From assembly GCA_047495785.1 (NCBI GenBank), contig JBLDXI010000023.1, positions 620,001 through 684,000 of the forward strand: a stretch of DNA of 64,000 nt. The letters run 5' to 3'. Of the stretch, positions 1 through 11,787 are shown in pieces. The stretch is from Lepidodermella squamata. Its lineage: Eukaryota; Animalia; Gastrotricha. Position 1 is the stretch's first letter. Every line of letters begins with the position of its first letter. Under the pieces are notes generated by a model. That model saw only the letters and a list, made by a program, of their open reading frames with translations, was not told where the DNA came from and did no database searches. The translations under genes and the position numbers were made by a program.

Positions 1-126
1 ACTTTTGCGTTATTTACGCCTTACAGGAATTCATAAGGAAAAACAGGACTTCGTAAGTGAAATTCCCACCAGAATCTGAACGCATGACTAATTGCCAACG
101 AGCTTATTTATGAATAATATGAACAG

Positions 127-3100
127 ATCCGCTTCCATTCGTCAAGTTGCTGGTGGAAACTATGGGTAGGCGGCTGGGCATGAACGCTCGCGACAAGGAT
201 GGCAACACCCCTCTTCTGCTTGCTTCAAAAACCGGCCTCTCAACTGCCTTGGTTCGATACCTCATCGAAAAAGGCGCCGATACCAACGCAACCAACAACC
301 TAAATGAAAACATGCTACTCGCTGCCTGCCAAGTCGATCGCCCTGACAAAAACCCGAACCCTCTTTCATTCATCAAAATTGCTGTTGAACTGGCTGGTAT
401 TGACGTCAATTCTCAAAGCTTAGACGGGGAACGGTGTTTCAACCACCTCATGATTCGAAATGAGCTGTCTAATATCTATGATCCGGGTTTTCTTCCAATC
501 ATGACATACCTTTTAAAGAAAGGCTACGACGTCAACAGCCAGTCGGGTGAGTTCGGCCTCACGCCTCTTATGTTAACAGCTTCGACCCTCCCAAGTCGGC
601 CGAGATTGATGGATTTGCTGCTGGAAAATGGCGCTGATGTCAACGCGACAGATTACGACGGCAGGACGGCCATTGATATAACCACTGATTATATAAACTC
701 GACAATGACAGTGGCGTATTTGCGTAGGCGAGGTGGCGTAACTGGGAAAGAGATTCGTAGAATAACGCCGGTGCCACGTCAAACTGTTACGCCTTTCGTG
801 GAGAACGTCTTCACGCCCTGGTGGACCCCTTCCAGCTGGGGAACGCTGGAACCGCAACTTCCCGTCACGCAATCCAATCAGGAAAAACAGGACTTCGTAA
901 GTGAAACTTAATTTTAGCTTATTTGCACCCTTTTCCACTTACAAGAAAAGTGCATGATTTTCGCTGCAAATTAAAATTGCATCTAAAAGCAAATTCAAAA
1001 ATAAAAACGAAGAAAACCAATTTTTTTGTATATTTTGTTTTAATTAGCATTTTTGCTCTTTCGTTGGGCATCAAGTGCGCGCGAGACCGTGGCGTAGGGA
1101 AGACCAGTATGACGCGGCGTCACTGATAACAGTGAATCGAACCACCAACCACCATCGAATCAATCATGCACCCCCAATCACTTACGCCACCCACTACTTC
1201 TCAAAGTATAATGCGGTTATCGTGCTGATCTCCTCCAGGAGGACATATATAACATGATTGTTAGGATCAAGGGAAAGGGCAGGATGTAAGGTGAAAAGAT
1301 TAAAGCCAACCACAGTAAGCTGTTTTGACGCGTCAAAAACGCTAAAATTACGCGATTGCTCGCATTTGGGGCTGACCTTGCGGCCAATTTTCAATGCCAT
1401 GGAATCTTTTCTTCGGGTTCTAACCATGACAGACGAATAGAACGCCCTCTGTTCCATAAACCCGAAAGATTTCAAGCCATCGGCTGCCAAGGCTTATCGC
1501 TTATAACGCGTCAAAAACGGAAAAACTGCGCTCCCCGACTTATCCGTGGGATTTTACCTTAAACTGTCCCTACCACTTCACACTTCAGTGAATTTTACGA
1601 CGTTTATCTCTGACGAAACAGTCACGTCTTCAATTGAAAATAGTTTGAAAACTTTCTTTTCTAGGTGCCTCGCTAATACGTTGTTGATATTTTTTCATAC
1701 CGTAGTCATACCGTAGTACTTCCGTAGTTTCCGTAGTTTTACCGTGGTGCCACGGAAAAACTACGTAGCAATCGATTAGACATTGTCATGCATTCAATGT
1801 GTTTGAGCCTTGATTTTCAGGACAGTTTCATGATACAGCTTCAAAATATTCAGAGTTAAATAGAGCGTAAAAATAATGCTGCAAGAGTCAGGAAATAGGT
1901 CTCCGATTTTCCAATCGTGTCTGATGAACATTTATGTTTTTTGCTTACATGTCACTAGGAATTCCTTGGCTACATAACCCACGGCAACTTGAGTGCTGTA
2001 AAGCGAATGATCAACCAAAAACGAGCTACGGGAAATGCTTTCCGCGTGGAGCGAGATGGTGATCACTACGTCATCATTCCAGCTGTAGTTGAAGCTGTCA
2101 CCGCTGAGAATGAATCAATGGAAATGTTGAAGGTCCTGCTCAGAAACAACGGCGATCCAGATGCGATTCAACCGAGTACCAGTCTCACAGCATTGATGAT
2201 AACGTTAGACAAAGGCCGGTTGGACATGGCGAAACTTCTTATCGACCATGGGGCTAATGTTGATCTAGAAACATCTCATGGTACTGCATTGCTGAGAGCA
2301 GCATCGAGATCATTGGAACACGTCAAATTTCTCATCGCGAATGGAGCTGTCAAACATAAAGATCGGTTATTACTTGAGGCTTGTAAAATCCAAGGATATC
2401 CCGATGCACTGCCATTCGTCAAATTTGCTGTGGAAGAGGCTAATAATTCCCTGGCTAGCATCGATTCATTTGGGCGAACGCCGTTAGCAAATGCGGCAAT
2501 AATGTTAAAATCGCCTGATCGAATGGAAGTCATTGAGTATTTGTGGTCTAAAGGAGCCGATGCGAATGTTAAACTAAATTCTGAGTCCTTGATCGACTAC
2601 ACAATACTACACCTTGCTGTGGATGAGCAAGATTTTGATTTCGTGATGTTAGCCGTGGAGAAAATGAACATGAGTTTGAAAACTCGTGAATCTAACGGCT
2701 TCACGCCGCTGTTGTTAGCTGCTTACAAACATCTTGGGGACATCGCATTTTATTTGCTGCGACGGGGTGCTAGCAAAACTGCGGTTGACCTGCGTGGCAA
2801 CAACGCTTTTTTGCACGCTTGTGGCGGATCGCCGCCGTTCACGTTCGCCAGACGTCTGATCACTGAATTCGGATTTGATGTTAACTCACAGGTAATATTG
2901 TCTCAGCTAACCTGGGATATTGATCTAAACTAACAAAGGTTCCAATCGGGTGCAGATTAGTTTCAGGCATAACAAACCATTTCCTGTGGAGCCTTTCCCA
3001 CCTTTGCTCGCCCAGCCAAAATGCGTTCATTCGCGGTATCGCAGAAGAATCAGAGGCGGGAAAGGAATTATTCATTTTCAAAGGAAGACCTAATAGTAGA

Positions 3101-3557
3101 AGATTTTTACTTGCTGTCCTCTTTGGGTATTGGGGAGGTTCAATATTATCATGGGCAAATATTGGTTCAACTGCGTTGTTTTCAGAATTACGATAACGAA
3201 ACATGTCTGGCTCTTGTTGATCAACTGCGCGACTTGGGTGATTTTGCGAAATTTCTCGTGTCAAAAGGATACAACATCAATCGAAAGCTACGACACGGCG
3301 ACACTGCTTTGGCTTTGCAAGTAAGTCAGTCCGAAACTTACAACATTGACGCGATGCTCGAAGCTGGGGCTGATATCAATGCGAAAAGCGACGATGGGCT
3401 AACTCCGCTGGATCTGGCCTTGCTTTACGGCAATGCAAAAGCGGCGAATACTTTGATGACACTGAAGGCTGTAACGTCCAGGCCTTTGCCGAACTACGTG
3501 ACTTTGCCAGCTCCCGGTCCATTTTACGACCCAGATCGGTCTCAGAATCAAGAGTAA
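127..3557 (+). CDS. Long ankyrin-repeat protein, copy A (5' exons lie outside the window); exons 127-896, 1959-2891, 3186-3557, plus candidate alternative microexon 27-52
   Basis: Many ANK motifs (DGNTPLLLA, GLTPLMLTA, GRTAIDI, GFTPLLLAA, GLTPLDLA); GT-AG junctions keep the frame; exon structure matches copy B (770-nt exon in both). Confidence 0.9.
1698..1770. repeat. Short degenerate tandem repeat of CCGTAGT in ankyrin intron
   Basis: taccgtagtcataccgtagtacttccgtagtttccgtagttttaccgtgg. Confidence 0.6.
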
Positions 3558-4278
3558 TATATTTGACAATCTGTGTTCTTACACTGAAATTCTTTGACGA
3601 TGGGAAATTTTCGATTTTCGATAGCCTGTATCATTCAAGGATGAATTAAATGTGAAAACAGCTAGGTAATAAATCGGCCTGGGTTCACTTTGAAGAGTCG
3701 AGTTTTTTCTTTGGCTTATTTCTGTTCATGGGACATGCGAAATTTTCGAACAGTGCACAGGGTCGGCGCTGTTTGTCATTCATTCATCTAGTCTCCTGTC
3801 GTTATTTCACAATACAAAGGCACTTTCGAGTGATCTTGTTCGTGATCCTCTGGCCCCTCCACCACTCTGAGTGCGCTCGCATTCGCGTATATGCCATTCG
3901 AAATCGATATGCCATCGTTCAGCCGGCTAGTAATATATGATGGGAAAGTTGACCGACTGATGTCCCGTTTACGCGCACTGATAAAAATACCGGAGTTTGG
4001 AGTCTCTTTCCAAGGTTAGTTTGTAAATAGATTGATCGATTTTGAACTACTGAAAAGTCACCGGGAGTGTATTCATTTCCACCAATGATTCAACAAGGAT
4101 AAAAGCGCGCTGTAAATTGCGTGTTCCGGATCGATATTTGCTTTTCAATCCCGTGCAATTAATGGAATAAAATTCCACCTTGGAACGGATGACGCGATTG
4201 CAGTTATGGCAGGGTTAGTATGACTAATTTACACGCTTGAATGTAAACACGAGAAGGCTATATTCTTCCTTAGAGCAA

Positions 4279-5430
4279 ATGACAAACGTATTTCATACTA
4301 TTTTTACAATTTTCATCAGCAACCATGTATTGGCTGAACCGGAAGACAACAACAGCATGTGGAACTTCGACCCGACCAAAACGATCCTTGACAACTGCAG
4401 AATAGGCCCGAATGTCAACACTCCAACTGAACTCGAGAATAAACAAACTCTTATTTGGCTGGAACTAAAACCGAAGCGTTTAGTCGATATCGACGACGTT
4501 GCTGAAACATTCACCATTTACGGGGCACTTAATGTTAAATACGAATCGAAATGCATCGCCGATTTGTATCGGAATGTATCGCGAAATGGCAGCGTAGCAT
4601 GGCCGCCAAGCATAACAATGCTGTCAAAGGAAGACCCGACTAAATACTGGTTCCCGGATTTGTTGCACGAAAATTCGGTCGGAAGCCCAGCGATGGATGA
4701 CGGGTTTTATCGGTATCTTCGTATTAGGATCACTCCAAACGGAATGCTTACGTTCGGTTTCTCGGGGAAATTCACGTCCTACTGCGATTTGGACGTTACC
4801 TATTTTCCTTTCGATATCCATGTGTGCAAGATCGAGTTTTACCTCTCTCAAGCCCAAAACTACTCCAGAATAACAAAGGCAATGCTATTCCCTCACGAAG
4901 TCCCGTTTCTGAAGGTAAATTCTGGCTGGCAACATGACAACACGACACGATCCTCAACGTACGGCGTAAATAATCAAAGTACATATTTTGCCATTTTCAG
5001 CTTCGAATTCAGGCGGAAGCCGCAATATTTCTTAACATACCTATTCGCGCCAAGTTTCATTCTCAGTGCATTGGTTCTGGCGTCATTTTTCATCCCGGCC
5101 GAGGTTCCAGATCGTCCTGCTTTCGCCTGCACTGTTATGCTGGCGATTTTCGTTCTTCAAGACAACGTCCAGGCAAATTTGCCAAAAACTCCGGGCCCGG
5201 TGATTGTTGGAATTTTCAGCTTATCGCAAGCTGCTATCGCAACTTTGTGTGTGCTATACGAGGCGATCATGTGCGGGTTCCTTGCCATGTTCCCACGAAT
5301 CGGCGAAGCAACTTTCAAAATTTACGGAAGAAACATTGCTCGATATTTGGTTGTTGACATCGTTATGTTTATAGTCGCATTCCTTATGTATTTAATCACC
5401 AATTTCACTGTTTGGCTAATTCTAAGATAA
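4279..5430 (+). CDS. Intronless Cys-loop ligand-gated ion channel subunit (divergent)
   Basis: Signal peptide, DIDDVAETF, WFPDL, Cys loop CDLDVTYFPFDIHVC, FRRKPQYF pre-M1, four hydrophobic helices, LPKT M2-M3 loop. Confidence 0.9.
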   Translation: MTNVFHTIFTIFISNHVLAEPEDNNSMWNFDPTKTILDNCRIGPNVNTPTELENKQTLIWLELKPKRLVDIDDVAETFTIYGALNVKYESKCIADLYRNVSRNGSVAWPPSITMLSKEDPTKYWFPDLLHENSVGSPAMDDGFYRYLRIRITPNGMLTFGFSGKFTSYCDLDVTYFPFDIHVCKIEFYLSQAQNYSRITKAMLFPHEVPFLKVNSGWQHDNTTRSSTYGVNNQSTYFAIFSFEFRRKPQYFLTYLFAPSFILSALVLASFFIPAEVPDRPAFACTVMLAIFVLQDNVQANLPKTPGPVIVGIFSLSQAAIATLCVLYEAIMCGFLAMFPRIGEATFKIYGRNIARYLVVDIVMFIVAFLMYLITNFTVWLILR

Positions 5431-5588
5431 CCTTTAAATTATTGAATTCAGGGCGGCCGAATGGCGTGTGTTGATGAAGATTGAAATATGTTTCCCGCAG
5501 GTATGCCAACGTTAGTAATAAGTCTGAAAGGTGAAGATCTTCGTGAAAGAGTCTTGTTCGATCATAAGTTTACAACAGAACTGAGTAT

Positions 5589-5754
5589 CAGGGTGCGAAG
5601 TACCGGGGTGCTGGGGTGTCGCGACACCCCAGCTCCATGACTCCAATCAGAGGAAGGCTGAAAAAACCACAGGGGGGACCCTTTGGTTTCTTTGGATGGG
5701 TCCTAGCAGACTTGTAGAAAACACCTCAGCTGCCAGATCCTACTTCGCACACTG
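5589..5754. mobile_element. Small MITE with CAG termini
   Basis: Left end cagggtgcgaagta vs right end tacttcgcacactg (13/14 inverted match); AT on both flanks. Confidence 0.5.
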
Positions 5755-5944
5755 ATCAAGAATGAACAGCTGGAAGCCGGAAGATAGGTGCTTTTTATGA
5801 ATTACTGAATTACTGAATTAATATTATGCATATGGGCAAAATTTACGAGCGTGGGCAACCATGAGACGTACTAGGACGCCGAGGATCCTATCTTCCCATG
5901 AAAATTTGCTGCGTCTCGTGCGTCTTACAAGTTATACCAGTTTT

Positions 5945-6157
5945 CAAACTATGTGAAGAATGTTGACAACGAAACGTGTCTGGCTCTTGTTTATCAACTG
6001 CGCGGCTTGGGCGACTTCGCAACATTTCTCGTGCCCAGAGGATACGACATGTTTTGGCATTGCAGGTGAGTTAGTCTAAAACTTAAAATATTGATGCGAT
6101 CTCGAAGCTGGGGCTGATATGGATGCAAAAAGCGACGATGGGCTAACTCCGTTGGAT
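5945..6157 (+). pseudogene. Relic of the last exon of the ankyrin gene
   Basis: Nucleotide match to 3190-3415 (aacgaaacgtgtctggctcttg...agcgacgatgggctaactccg) with stops, deletions and an abrupt 3' truncation. Confidence 0.85.
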
Positions 6158-6627
6158 TGTAATTGGAGTTGGGTTATAGTGGCTCGTTATCGAGGAGAAA
6201 TAACGCTCCATTATGTGGTAAGTTTCCTTTTACCTTTATATAAAGCATAGACAATAATGTTACAATTCGGACAATCAATAACCACTATAATTATGAACTA
6301 TATAGTTATAAAATTGGGAAACGGAGACATACAAAATCGGGCTGAATGATCCGTGTATCACCACGCTTGAGCTCAACATATAACGTGATGAAGGCGTGAT
6401 TAGTATATCGCAGTAAAACGCGGCTAGTCATATGTGATATGAGATCGATAACGGCGGGGGTAAGCTGCTAGAGCTAGAAGTTATTTCGCGCGTAAGCTAG
6501 ACCCATGGCAACAACCGTTACTTTACGACTGACAGTTGGTAGCTGGTGTCGGGAAATTTCATATTTTTCCCGTTTATGAGCAAAACAGATTTGTTTTATT
6601 CAGCCTCGCACAATTTTCCAGGCAGAA

Positions 6628-7802
6628 ATGAAAGGCTTATTAAGATTCACAATCCTCGTCGAGCTGATTGTTGCTAGCTTCGAAAGTAAGTGATTGAAAC
6701 TTGCGAAAGTCATCTCGGCTTGACATAGGGGCGCGAAAAAATCATTTTTTCCGGGACGTGCTCAAAACCTATCTCTGTGAGCCCCGTTCAAAGCGACGCC
6801 GAGAATTAAGCGGTTAACGAACAATTCGATATACCCGTTACCCGTGCTCTGTTCCGAGCTCATTTGATTCATGTTAAACTATGCGTTCCAGATTGCCTTC
6901 CAGTATGCCAGCAAAGAAATGGTTTTTGCAACAACGCACATGCCTGGCACGATTTACAGGTTCTGATTGCTCGCAAGGTTGTAGTAAATTTCCATTCTGC
7001 GCTGCTCATTATTCTGATAAGAATAGCCATCGGAATGCCGTTGTTCGATCCGAGAACATTTTCGCCTGATTTTTCCTACCTTAACGACGGAAATTATCGT
7101 AAATCGCGCTGTTTACTTATTTCAATGTTCGACTTTTTATAATAGAAAACAACTGGGTATATGCTAGCCAACAGGTCTTTCCCACTGTCGGCCCGAACAA
7201 CGAGATAGTTCTGATGAATCAGACCAGCAACGACCTGGTCCAAGGCCGGAAAGGAACCCTGTCGAGCAGGAAAGTAAGCTGCCGAAAACTTTATAGTTGA
7301 TAGGTATTCCTCGTATTTATCCAAGCATTTCGAGGTTGCTGATTTTTCAATCAACGTGACCATGCATCTCGATGGGACGGCAGGATCCTCTCTCGATATT
7401 TACTCCATATCAGTCATATCGAATTCGTCATTCAATTATTCTGCACCTGGCGCTTACAAGCCGGTCGATAACAACAATTTCGCCGGCTTTAGTTTGATGT
7501 ACAACGGCAATTTACAACGCTTCACGCTTTTCTCGTCCCCGACAAGATCAGTCTTCGGCACCACGAACGTGGTTAGCTTTGGCAAGGAGCTATCCCGAGG
7601 CCGTGTCAGTATTGGCATTGTAGTTAGAGGTGCGACGAAGCTGTCGGCGGATGTTTGCTCGCCGAGCCAATGCACGGCGATTTATAGTGGTGTCAACTCG
7701 CCAGGGTTTGTACCTATCGATCCGACGATGGAGCCGCCCATCATTCAAGTTTTGGGCGGAAATTACGGCTCTACCAACCCTATCAGAATGGTTGGTATAT
7801 AA
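6628..7802 (+). CDS. Secreted EGF-like plus unknown beta-rich domain protein, frameshifted in the EGF exon; exons 6628-6685, 6892-6977, 7027-7098, 7146-7273, 7326-7802
   Basis: Hydrophobic N-terminus MKGLLRFTILVELIVASFE; EGF halves CLPVCQQRNGFC and TCLARFTGSDCSQ are in different frames; introns 2-4 are 47-52 bp. Confidence 0.6.
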
Positions 7803-9604
7803 CGAGCTATAACGAGGGCTGTAATTGAATGCAGAAGCTAAAAATAGACCGTTTCTAAGTCGTAAGACAGTTGCCATGCCAACGCGCAGAAAGAGACGGA
7901 CACGGATTACGTGTCATTACAAATTTCGCTCGCTGAAGGCTGTGAAACAATAACGCTATGAATCATAAGTTCGTCGCTAAGTTTTTTTCTTAGTTGCCAG
8001 GGCGGCTTGGATTTGACTGGTTAGCCTTTTTTTTACCATGATTCAAGTCCTGCCTGAGGTTAACGAACTCAGAATAAAAAAACCTGGAATCTATTATTTT
8101 AATTTACTTCAAAAATGCCCAGCTCGTCCGATTTCGCATACAAATTTCAGTTGAAATCATAGCTTAAAAAATCAATCACCTTGGTTAAGATTTACCAGAA
8201 TACTTCTGAATTAAACACCAGCAAATTCAGCCAAACATTCTCAAGATAATGCAGTGTTCAATTAAGAACTCATGCTTCGCTTATAATTCGTGGAATTTTT
8301 AAAAAAATATTATGAAATATGAAACAATAGGATGAAAAATATATTTTCGATAATTTTTTCGCGGCTAACCTGGTTTTTCTTTTTTAAATTCATCGAATTA
8401 ATGGCATTGAGCAATCACATACCGATTTCAAGGCACAAGACGTGTGGTTCCGTCAAGAGGGAAGAGGGAACAAGAGGGTGTTTAGATTGAATGGAATAAA
8501 TTTGTATCTTCTCAGGCGTGATCTCGTTGTCATTCTATTGTCATGGCCTATTAAGATCAGAGCAAGGTAAAAAATCGGGCAGAAGCTCCCGCCGCACCTC
8601 CTCGGGATGTTGCGATTTTCAAAGTCAAAATCGAATGATTAAAAGTGAAAAAACCCGTAAAATTGCCAAGGCGTTGAGCAATGAAATCGTAGAGTAGCGG
8701 CAGCCAGTTTCATGTTAGATCAGGCCTATCGACTATCTAAAATCGGCTAGTAATTCCGATAGCTCAGGATAACTGGAACGAATGAAATCGGTCTAATTTT
8801 TTGAGAATAAATCCATATATCGAAATTAAAATGAATCAGAAATTACGCGATTCTTCATGATTACGCAACACAGCCGGGAACAAATTTGGAAAAACTGAAG
8901 TTTCAGTATCCTCAAAAAACACGATTTATATCCTATTTTGATCATGTTAATAATGCTGTTAAATTTAAAGAGATTTTCTGGCCGGGAAAAAGCTGAAAAT
9001 CTAACAAATCAGGGCAATTGAGATCTTTTAGTTGATCAGCAAATGACCTGAGGAAAAATCTGCAAATCAAGGAGATTTACGGGCATTTTTAAAGTTATTG
9101 AAATGAATTGCTTATTTTGTCTGATAAACTGGCGTAATTTCTGATGGAAAAGTTTAACTAAAAAAGCAAGACGAGTCGCAGCACGACTTGAGTGGCAGCT
9201 AATCCACACAATATGTTGCATTATCGAAGTCATTCGAAGTCAAAACCAAGACAAGAGCATCCTAATGCACTGATGATCTTTCAACTCGTTTGAACTAAAC
9301 TTGAAATTACTGGATCTCTCAAAACCACGACAACGCGCCGCTAGGCGCTAGGTTTCTAGGAACGCTTTATTATTTTAAATTTTCACGCTTGATTTCTTTA
9401 ATCTATCAAAAAATTATTATTTGTTTAATTAAAAATTTACAACTAGTTTATTTAGCAGGGTCCAAAATTGCGGTCTACAAACGAGGGAGTTCTTTTAAGG
9501 AGGGTGCCACTAACGAGGGAGCACTGTAATTGGTCGGGTGGTTTCAAGTCTGTGATTGGTTGGTTCAAAGAGCACGCGACACGCACCATATAATTTTTTT
9601 TCTA

Positions 9605-9677
9605 GCCGAGATAGCTCAGTTGGGAGAGCGTTAGACTGAAGATCTAAAGGTCCCTGGTTCGATCCCGGGTCTCGGCG
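9605..9677 (+). tRNA. tRNA-Phe(GAA)
   Basis: Canonical metazoan Phe cloverleaf, anticodon arm ttaga-ctGAAga-tctaa; downstream T run. Confidence 0.97.
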
Positions 9678-9730
9678 TACCTTTTGGCGCTGACTTTGGC
9701 GCATCCTAATTGTCATGTTAGAAGCTCACT

Positions 9731-9802
9731 GGCCCGTTGGTCTAGGGGTATGATTCTCGCTTCGGGTGCGAGAGGTCTCGGGTTCAATTCCCGAACGGGC
9801 CC
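9731..9802 (+). tRNA. tRNA-Pro(CGG)
   Basis: ggcccgttggtctaggggtatgattctcgcttCGGgtgcgag...cgggccc; T7 terminator. Confidence 0.95.
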
Positions 9803-9876
9803 ACTCGTTTTTTTCATTTGAATTTCAACAAGCTAATGAAAATTTATCACATAATCCAGGCATTTAATTTCATATC

Positions 9877-9948
9877 TCCCTGATGGTCTAGTGGTTAGGA
9901 TTCCGCGCTTTCACCGCGGCGGCCCGGGTTCGATTCCCGGTCAGGGAA
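9877..9948 (+). tRNA. tRNA-Glu(TTC)
   Basis: tccctgatggtctagtggttagg, anticodon arm ccgcg-ctTTCac-cgcgg, ggttcgattcc. Confidence 0.96.
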
Positions 9949-10007
9949 AGATTTGCTTTGAAATGAGGTTTTTGCAAAAATCACTGCTTATCGCAAAAAA
10001 TCGAGCA

Positions 10008-10072
10008 AGGCTTAGGGGGATCGAACCTTCAATCTTCTGCTAACTGGGCTAATACTCTATCACTAAGCTACT
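10008..10072 (-). pseudogene. Degenerate tRNA, Thr(AGT)-like
   Basis: Reverse B box (gatcgaacc) and reverse A-box-like ctaagctac at tRNA spacing; stems broken. Confidence 0.45.
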
Positions 10073-10113
10073 TTATACAATAACGTAAAACTAGCAGTAA
10101 GTTTTGAAAAGCT

Positions 10114-10192
10114 GGCGTCCTTCAGGAGACTCGAACCCCAGAAATTGCGAAACTGCTCATGGGAGACCAGGGTTCGATTTCCTGCCAAGGAG
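10114..10192. pseudogene. Two tRNA 3'-half relics: Asn-like (minus) and Asp-like (plus)
   Basis: gcgtccttcaggagactcgaaccca; catgggagaccagggttcgatttcctgccaaggag followed by a T run. Confidence 0.45.
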
Positions 10193-10249
10193 CTAGCTTT
10201 TTCATCCATTTTAAAGCTGAACTATGCGTATTGGCCAAAAATGTACCAC

Positions 10250-10322
10250 CGCCCGATGTGGGGCTCGAACCCACGACCCTGGGATTAAGAGTCCCATGCT
10301 CTACCGACTGAGCTAACCGGGC
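10250..10322 (-). tRNA. tRNA-Lys(CTT)
   Basis: Reverse complement GCCCGGTTAGCTCAGTCGGTAGAGCATGGGACTCTTAATCCCAGGGTCGTGGGTTCGAGCCCCACATCGGGCG. Confidence 0.97.
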
Positions 10323-10391
10323 TGAGACTGAGTAGTGTACTGCTACATTTTATATTTCCTTACTGGTATTACTTCTGGATTAAAAATATTT

Positions 10392-10428
10392 CGAAGCTGC
10401 TGAGAGTCGAACCGGGAATCTTCTGACA
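10392..10428 (-). pseudogene. tRNA-Arg-like 3' relic
   Basis: gagtcgaaccgggaatcttctga resembles the reverse T arm, variable loop and anticodon stem of metazoan tRNA-Arg. Confidence 0.4.
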
Positions 10429-10684
10429 CTTAATCACTTTATTTTACTTTTTTATGGGAGTGCTTCGAAACCATTTGGTCTGGTGTGAGCACCATTATTT
10501 GTTGCGTCATACTTTCTTTGAAGCTTTTTACTTTGTAGGGGACCCGTCGATACTCCTTGTCGTTACTAGTTTCGCGACCGATAGGGCAGCGGAACTGGTA
10601 ACGGAACTGGGAACGCATAAGTTTGGCTGTTACGGTGTTTTTTCAGACAACGAAGCGACAGAGACCGTCGGTGATTGATTCCAG

Positions 10685-10963
10685 ATTGACAAAAAGCTAC
10701 GGGAGATACCTTCAGCCTTGAGCTAGTAGTGGATAATTATTACTGCATCTTCATCCCAGCCGTAGCCGCAGCTGTCAACGCCAGAAATGTATCAATTGAC
10801 GTGTTAAAGTTGCTTCCTGAAAATAACGATGATCCTGATGCGAATCACCCAAAAACATCCAAATGAGCCACTGGGCTGACATTGATTTAGAAACTTCCCG
10901 AGCAACCGCATTGCTGAGAGCTGCACGAAAATCGTTGGGACACGTTAAATTACTCATGGCGAA
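10685..10963 (+). pseudogene. Ankyrin gene relic homologous to exon 1959-2891
   Basis: WADIDLETSRATALLRAARKSLGHVKLLMA matches GANVDLETSHGTALLRAASRSLEHVKFLIA; upstream part is frameshifted. Confidence 0.85.
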
Positions 10964-11787
10964 AGTCCACTTTGAGGCGACGAAATGTTTGAGTTCGAGC
11001 AGCGCCTTTTTCGGTGGGTCGGGTGATGGTCACTCTCCAGAAGAGAGAGGCCGCAGTCTGGTAAGAATTTGGATTTCATGGTCGCCAAGGGATAGATGCT
11101 GAGAATCCCTGGCGATAAGGATCATCAAAATCTAAATCTCATCGCAAAAAAATCCAGCTAATATGTGACATCTATTTATGAAAAATGAAGGCGCCTAGCA
11201 TCCCGACTATTTCGAAGTCTAGTCCATGTCGAGCGATTTTCAAGTCATCACCCCAGAAAACCCCGGCTTTCCTGACATTTCGATTTACAAGAAACAAACT
11301 GTCTCAGTGTCGATGCTGCAAAAGTGGCGTTACCCGGCGATAAAATAACATTTTCGAATGAAATTGTAAAGAAACGAGATAATAAAAGCATTCACACCGT
11401 TTTTATTGTCCTTTCACAGGAAAAATCTTTTTTTATATCAAAAATTGTTTTGATCCGTTATCAAGAAAAAAGCAGGTCACAAAGTTACGGCCTAACTTGC
11501 CCGCATGAAAGTGCAAGACGCAACAGGCAAGTGTCAAAAAGTTGAGTTTAAGAAAGAAAGAAGTGAAATAATGTAATAATAACCTTATAAATGGCCCCGC
11601 AAAAAGTCATGCTGCGCACTTTTGAGCACGCCGGGGCCGCAAGCTACCACAAAAACATCAACGCATCATCATCACCTTCATCGAACCGAGTCATCGGTTC
11701 GTTACAGCTGTTGTGCCTGTAGCACATGCAAATTTTTCAATACAATGTATTGCATCATCTTGAAATAAAATTGGCATTCGTTTAAAT

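Noticed and set aside
1259-1620. TGT...ACA segment in the ankyrin intron as a solo LTR
   Set aside because: Flanks atgat and gtcac are not a target duplication; no second copy in the window
9510-9716. 68-aa ORF
   Set aside because: Antisense reading of tRNA-Phe
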